From positions 2,832 to 66,831 of the forward strand of contig JBHWPN010000093.1 of NCBI GenBank assembly GCA_043424895.1: a DNA stretch of 64,000 nt, in the 5' to 3' direction. Made by a program: the position numbers and the translations under genes. Numbering within the stretch: the first letter of the stretch is position 1; every line of letters begins with the position of its first letter. This document shows positions 60,058-64,000 of this stretch, one piece after another. Origin of the DNA: Rothia sp. (in: high G+C Gram-positive bacteria). Lineage in GTDB: Bacteria > Actinomycetota > Actinomycetes > Actinomycetales > Micrococcaceae. The notes below the pieces were generated by a model. That model had not been told where the DNA came from. It saw nothing but the letters and a program-made list of their open reading frames with translations, and ran no database searches.

Positions 60058-60064
60058 ATAGCTG

Positions 60065-60136
60065 AGCCCCGACCGGGAATCGATCCCGGGACCTCCATCT
60101 TACCAAGATGGCGCTCTACCACTGAGCTATCGGGGC
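60065..60136 (-). tRNA. tRNA-Thr (GGT), copy 2
   Basis: GCCCCGATAGCTCAGTGGTAGAGCGCCATCTTGGTAAGATGGAGGTCCCGGGATCGATTCCCGGTCGGGGCT. Confidence 0.95.
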
Positions 60137-60137
60137 G

Positions 60138-60211
60138 TAGCGGTGGCGGGACTCGATCCCGCGACCTCACGATTATGAGTCGTGCGCTCTAACCAGCTGA
60201 GCTACACCGCC
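60138..60211 (-). tRNA. tRNA-Met (CAT), elongator type
   Basis: GGCGGTGTAGCTCAGCTGGTTAGAGCGCACGACTCATAATCGTGAGGTCGCGGGATCGAGTCCCGCCACCGCTA; lacks the initiator GGG/CCC anticodon stem. Confidence 0.93.
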
Positions 60212-60242
60212 ATGTATTTACCTTTTTACGGGCTCATACGAG

Positions 60243-60314
60243 AGCCCCGACCGGGAATCGATCCCGGGACCTCCATCTTACCAAGATGGCGCTCTACCAC
60301 TGAGCTATCGGGGC
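60243..60314 (-). tRNA. tRNA-Thr (GGT), copy 1
   Basis: Identical to 60065-60136. Confidence 0.95.
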
Positions 60315-60428
60315 AACAGGTAATACCTTACGGCATTCATTGACCCCCACGCAACTTGAAGACATCAATTTTTTGGTGTTCTGCACCACGGATTACTTTT
60401 ATCCGCTCTTCCCGACTAAGAACGGGAC

Positions 60429-60475
60429 AAAAAAGGACGCGCGCCCCGCCTTTGCAGGCAGGCACACGCGTCCTT
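60429..60475 (-). terminator. Terminator after deaD
   Basis: AAGGACGCG / CGCGTCCTT stem with an A-run on the + strand. Confidence 0.7.
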
Positions 60476-60512
60476 ATATCAACAGTTCACACGCTACCGC
60501 GTGCGCTGCAGC

Positions 60513-62519
60513 TTAGTACTTCTTACGGCCCTTGAAACCACCGCGACGCTCGCCACCGAAATCGCGTCCACCGCGGTCCTTACGGAAACCGCCGTCGCGT
60601 CCACCGCGGTCGTTACGATCACGATCGCCGCGGAAACCGCCGCGGTCACTACGACCACCAAAGTCACGGTCGCCACGATCCTTACGGAAGCCACCATCGC
60701 GACCGCCACGGCGCTCGCCACCGAAGTCACGTCCACCGCGACCACCGCGTGAACCGCCGCCCTTGGGACCACGATCGCGCTGAATGTTAATGAACTGACC
60801 AGCAACCTTGGTGTCTTCCAAACGATTGAAGAAATCGCGGGGAAGATCCTCGGGCAAACCAACAATGGTGAAGTGCTGGCGAATATCGATGGAGCCGATC
60901 TGTGAGCCCTCGATACCGCCTTCATTGGTCAAAGCACCTACGATGCCACCGGGGTTAGCACCCGATGAACGACCAACATTGAGCTTGTACGAAACCATGC
61001 CCTCATCGTTATGCTGCTTGCGTCCACGACGATCTCCGTCGCGTCCACCGCGATCACGATCGCCACGATCGCGGTCACGACGCGGTTCAGGAAGTTCTTC
61101 TACGAAGAAAGGACGACCCTGCTGCGCGATAACAGCCAATGCAGCTGCAATTTCTTCGGGTTCAACATCGTGCTCATTGACGTAAGAGTCAACGATTTCA
61201 CGGAAGACAGAGAGGTCTTCGGTTTCAATGGTGTCAGTGATCTGCTGAGCAAAACGAGTCTTACGGTTCTCGTTGACATCCTCTACAGAAGGCATGTGCA
61301 TCTGCTCAACCTGCTGACGGGTAGCTTTCTCAATCTGACGCAGCATGTACTTTTCACGCGGAGTCATGAAGAGAATCGCTGCACCCTCGCGCCCTGCGCG
61401 ACCGGTGCGGCCAATGCGGTGCACGTACGACTCAGTGTCGTGAGGAATGTCGAAGTTAACGACCAGTGAGATACGCTCAACGTCAAGACCGCGAGCAGCA
61501 ACGTCGGTTGCAACCAGAATATCGATGCGACCATCGCGCAACGAGTCAACAGTACGTTCGCGCAAGTTCTGCGGAATATCACCGTTGATAGCTGCTGCCT
61601 GGTAACCGCGAGCCTTCAGCTTGTCAGCGAGCTCTTCGGTTTCCTTCTTGGTACGAACAAAGACGATAATGCCGTCGTAGTCTTCTACCTCAAGGACGCG
61701 GGTCATCGCCTCAAGTTTGTGAGAGTGCATGACCTGCATGTAGCGCTGCTTGATGTTTGCGCTGGTGGTGGTCTTCGACTTAACGCGAACCTCAACGGGA
61801 TCAGTCAAGTACTGTTCCGCAATCTTGCGGATGGTTTTGGGCATGGTTGCTGAGAACAAAGCAACCTGCTTGGTATCGGGGGTGTCTGCAAGGATCTGCT
61901 CAACGTCCTCGGCAAAGCCCATGCGCAGCATCTCATCTGCCTCATCGAGCACGAGGTACTGCAAGTTTGAAAGATCCAAAGAACCCTTCTTGAGGTGGTC
62001 AATGACGCGGCCGGGAGTACCAACGACTACCTGCGCACCGCGCTTAAGACCGGCCAGCTGGGGGCCGTACGGTGAGCCACCGTAAACCGGAAGAACAGTG
62101 AAATTCTCCAGCTGGTTAGCGTAGGAGCTAAATGCTTCAGCAACCTGAAGCGCCAGCTCACGAGTCGGTGCCAGAACAAGCACCTGGGTGTCTTTAGAAA
62201 CACCGTTTACATCAGAAAGCTCAGCCAAACGTGAGAGCACAGGCAAAGCAAATGCTGCAGTTTTACCGGTACCGGTCTGAGCCAGACCGACAACGTCGCG
62301 GCCTTCTAGAAGCAACGGAATGGTTTCAGCCTGAATCGGTGATGGCTTTTCGTAGCCAACAGCATCAATTGCTGCCTGCACACGAGCGTCCAAACCGAGA
62401 TCGGTGAATCGAACGCCCTCATCTTCAGTAGTTTCGGGCTTAACGGTGTTAGCCTGAGCATCTTCGAGAGTGGGTTCTACGAATTCGGTGGTCAGATTAA
62501 CAGAGTTATTTTCAGTCAT
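60513..62519 (-). CDS. deaD: DEAD-box RNA helicase DeaD/CsdA type
   Basis: AQTGTGKT, PTRELA, LDEADEM, SAT and HRIGRTGR motifs; DbpA-type domain; RGG tail. Start set at MTENN. Confidence 0.94.
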   Translation of the reverse strand: MTENNSVNLTTEFVEPTLEDAQANTVKPETTEDEGVRFTDLGLDARVQAAIDAVGYEKPSPIQAETIPLLLEGRDVVGLAQTGTGKTAAFALPVLSRLAELSDVNGVSKDTQVLVLAPTRELALQVAEAFSSYANQLENFTVLPVYGGSPYGPQLAGLKRGAQVVVGTPGRVIDHLKKGSLDLSNLQYLVLDEADEMLRMGFAEDVEQILADTPDTKQVALFSATMPKTIRKIAEQYLTDPVEVRVKSKTTTSANIKQRYMQVMHSHKLEAMTRVLEVEDYDGIIVFVRTKKETEELADKLKARGYQAAAINGDIPQNLRERTVDSLRDGRIDILVATDVAARGLDVERISLVVNFDIPHDTESYVHRIGRTGRAGREGAAILFMTPREKYMLRQIEKATRQQVEQMHMPSVEDVNENRKTRFAQQITDTIETEDLSVFREIVDSYVNEHDVEPEEIAAALAVIAQQGRPFFVEELPEPRRDRDRGDRDRGGRDGDRRGRKQHNDEGMVSYKLNVGRSSGANPGGIVGALTNEGGIEGSQIGSIDIRQHFTIVGLPEDLPRDFFNRLEDTKVAGQFINIQRDRGPKGGGSRGGRGGRDFGGERRGGRDGGFRKDRGDRDFGGRSDRGGFRGDRDRNDRGGRDGGFRKDRGGRDFGGERRGGFKGRKKY
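60530..60780 (-). repeat. Coding repeats in the RGG/RD-rich tail of DeaD
   Basis: Repeated GGRDFGGERRGG and RDGGFRKDRG units. Confidence 0.8.
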
Positions 62520-62878
62520 TATTCTCTTCTCGAGTGGGTTGATACAGCCGGTTTTGGCTGTACTGCACGGCGTGTGCCCCATTGAAAAGTTCGCCTGATT
62601 CGACTGTGGTGGCAGTATATCCGCGCCACCTTCACACACTTCTGTTGAGATAAAACAAACAGAGACGATGGCCATATAAAGTGACCTGAAAGTTAGCGCT
62701 TGCGAACTTGAAAGTACTTGGAGAGGTTCTTTTTCAACCGCTATTTCATGTAGCGGGATGCTGGCAGCTTGGCTACCGAAGAACATTCTTGGACGGGGTT
62801 ATACCGTTGATTGCGTATTTCACTCTACCCTACGCAGAACGTTTAAACGGGCACAGGTGATAGAGCGTACACGCAAAA

Positions 62879-64000
62879 TTAGATGCGCTTCATCACGTAG
62901 ACGGTACCAAAATGTGCAACTTCTTCGTATTGCGAGGTGTATAGTTCCCCCGCATACTGAACGGGGTTGTGGACGGGAGTTGAACCCCACGCTGAGTTCT
63001 CTTGATCGATCACAACGTAGTCGGGTGCGGGGTCATTTTTACCGCCAATCCAGTACACTTCGTGCTGTGGAATAAGGTAGGTGAGCACCGAGAGATCAGA
63101 TGCCACGCTGACCCCCGCGGGTACAGCGTCCACAGCGCTTTTCTTGTTGGCTAGGTGTTGTTGGTAGGACGCGCTCTCGTAACTGTTGCCGGTGAGTTCA
63201 CTCAACGGCAAGGACGGTGTTGAGAGTAGGGCAACCACGAGCGCGGCTACGGGCAATACCGGGTAGCCAATACGCTGCAAAATCAGTGAACGTTGCGAAG
63301 CCCGCTCACTACCGCGGCGCATCCACGGATAACGGGCATTGCGAAGAGAAACAATGACATCTAATAATGCGCAGAACACTACGGGCATGAGCACCAGTGA
63401 GTAATGCCAGCTTGTACCCCAATATCCTTCATTGGGTGAGAGAAAACGCCATGCCAAAGTTGGCAAAGCAACCAGCGCGATAGGGCTAAAAATCCATAAA
63501 AGGACGCCGGTGAGCAGAAGCGCTAACCAGGTGAGAGATTTTTCCCAGGGGAAAAACATGAGGCCTAGGCTTTGAAGCGGATCTGCCACAATTGCTTTGG
63601 CGTCAATCTTGTTGGAGTAGTCGAATACTCCACCCACATTGAAAGCCGGCAGAATAAGGGCAACCGAGGCGAGCGTCCAGAATATACCCCATGCACTGAG
63701 TATCAGTCCTAGGCTGGATCCTGCTCCAAGCAGAGGCGCCCAACGCCGTCTAGGTTTTTGCGCTTCGAGCGCAAGCGGAAAGAGTACGTCTTGGAGCGAT
63801 GACAGCCAACCGCTGCGCAACATGGCTACTACACCGATTGCGGCAACGGTAAGGCCCATATCCTCTTTTACAAACACCAGCGGAAGAGCCCAAAACACGG
63901 CCCTTTTAACGTGGTTCTTCGGGGCATCACCTCGCGCTAAAACAAGGTGAGTTAGGGACGCCACGAGAAAGGGCAGGGCAAGGGCGACCTCATGAAATTG
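62879..64000 (-). CDS. DUF2079-like membrane protein (5' end off the window)
   Basis: Frame is open to the window edge (QFHEVALALPFLV...); FVKED and YWGTSWHY motifs; multi-TM. Confidence 0.7.
   Translation of the reverse strand, partial: QFHEVALALPFLVASLTHLVLARGDAPKNHVKRAVFWALPLVFVKEDMGLTVAAIGVVAMLRSGWLSSLQDVLFPLALEAQKPRRRWAPLLGAGSSLGLILSAWGIFWTLASVALILPAFNVGGVFDYSNKIDAKAIVADPLQSLGLMFFPWEKSLTWLALLLTGVLLWIFSPIALVALPTLAWRFLSPNEGYWGTSWHYSLVLMPVVFCALLDVIVSLRNARYPWMRRGSERASQRSLILQRIGYPVLPVAALVVALLSTPSLPLSELTGNSYESASYQQHLANKKSAVDAVPAGVSVASDLSVLTYLIPQHEVYWIGGKNDPAPDYVVIDQENSAWGSTPVHNPVQYAGELYTSQYEEVAHFGTVYVMKRI

Noticed and set aside
60065..60314. Duplicated tRNA-Thr as a possible attL/attR of an integrated element
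   Set aside because: Both copies are full length, enclose only tRNA-Met and a short spacer, and no integrase is nearby.
60494..61185. Repetitive alternative-frame ORFs and a possible CRISPR-like repeat
   Set aside because: Explained by the RGG/RD coding repeats of DeaD; no constant repeat-spacer period and no cas genes.

Overview
Core-chromosome window from a roughly 50% GC actinobacterium. The gene content suggests Micrococcaceae, most likely Rothia; this is an inference, not a database match. From left to right it holds gcvT-gcvP under a tandem glycine riboswitch, the narGHJI-narK respiratory nitrate reductase operon, a Moco/MGD biosynthesis cluster with modAB (no modC), and a sucrose-type PTS locus (LacI repressor, stand-alone EIIA, EIIBCA, two GH32 hydrolases, three LacI-type operators). 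Next come rplL-rplJ-rplA-rplK-nusG-secE-tRNA-Trp, an aminotransferase, a NUDIX-HAD fusion with a frameshifted EamA transporter, pfkA, ygfZ, a nitrobindin-like gene, a large MFS transporter, glnR-mshD-ppk1-mutT1-thyA-folA-asd, murB, hadAB-like dehydratases, an Nramp transporter, tRNA Thr-Met-Thr, deaD and a partial DUF2079-like gene. I saw no transposase, integrase, prophage or CRISPR array. The most interesting unexplained signals are non-coding: (1) two dispersed copies of a structured element (31526-31610 and 50518-50631) with conserved loop sequences and fully compensatory stems, and (2) an ORF-free, structured ~300-nt candidate sRNA (54354-54656) with its own promoter-like site and terminator. 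Also notable are a shared MAGFFSKL N-terminal peptide on NarJ and the EIIA, A54 T-loops in three tRNA genes, and several probable leaderless genes.
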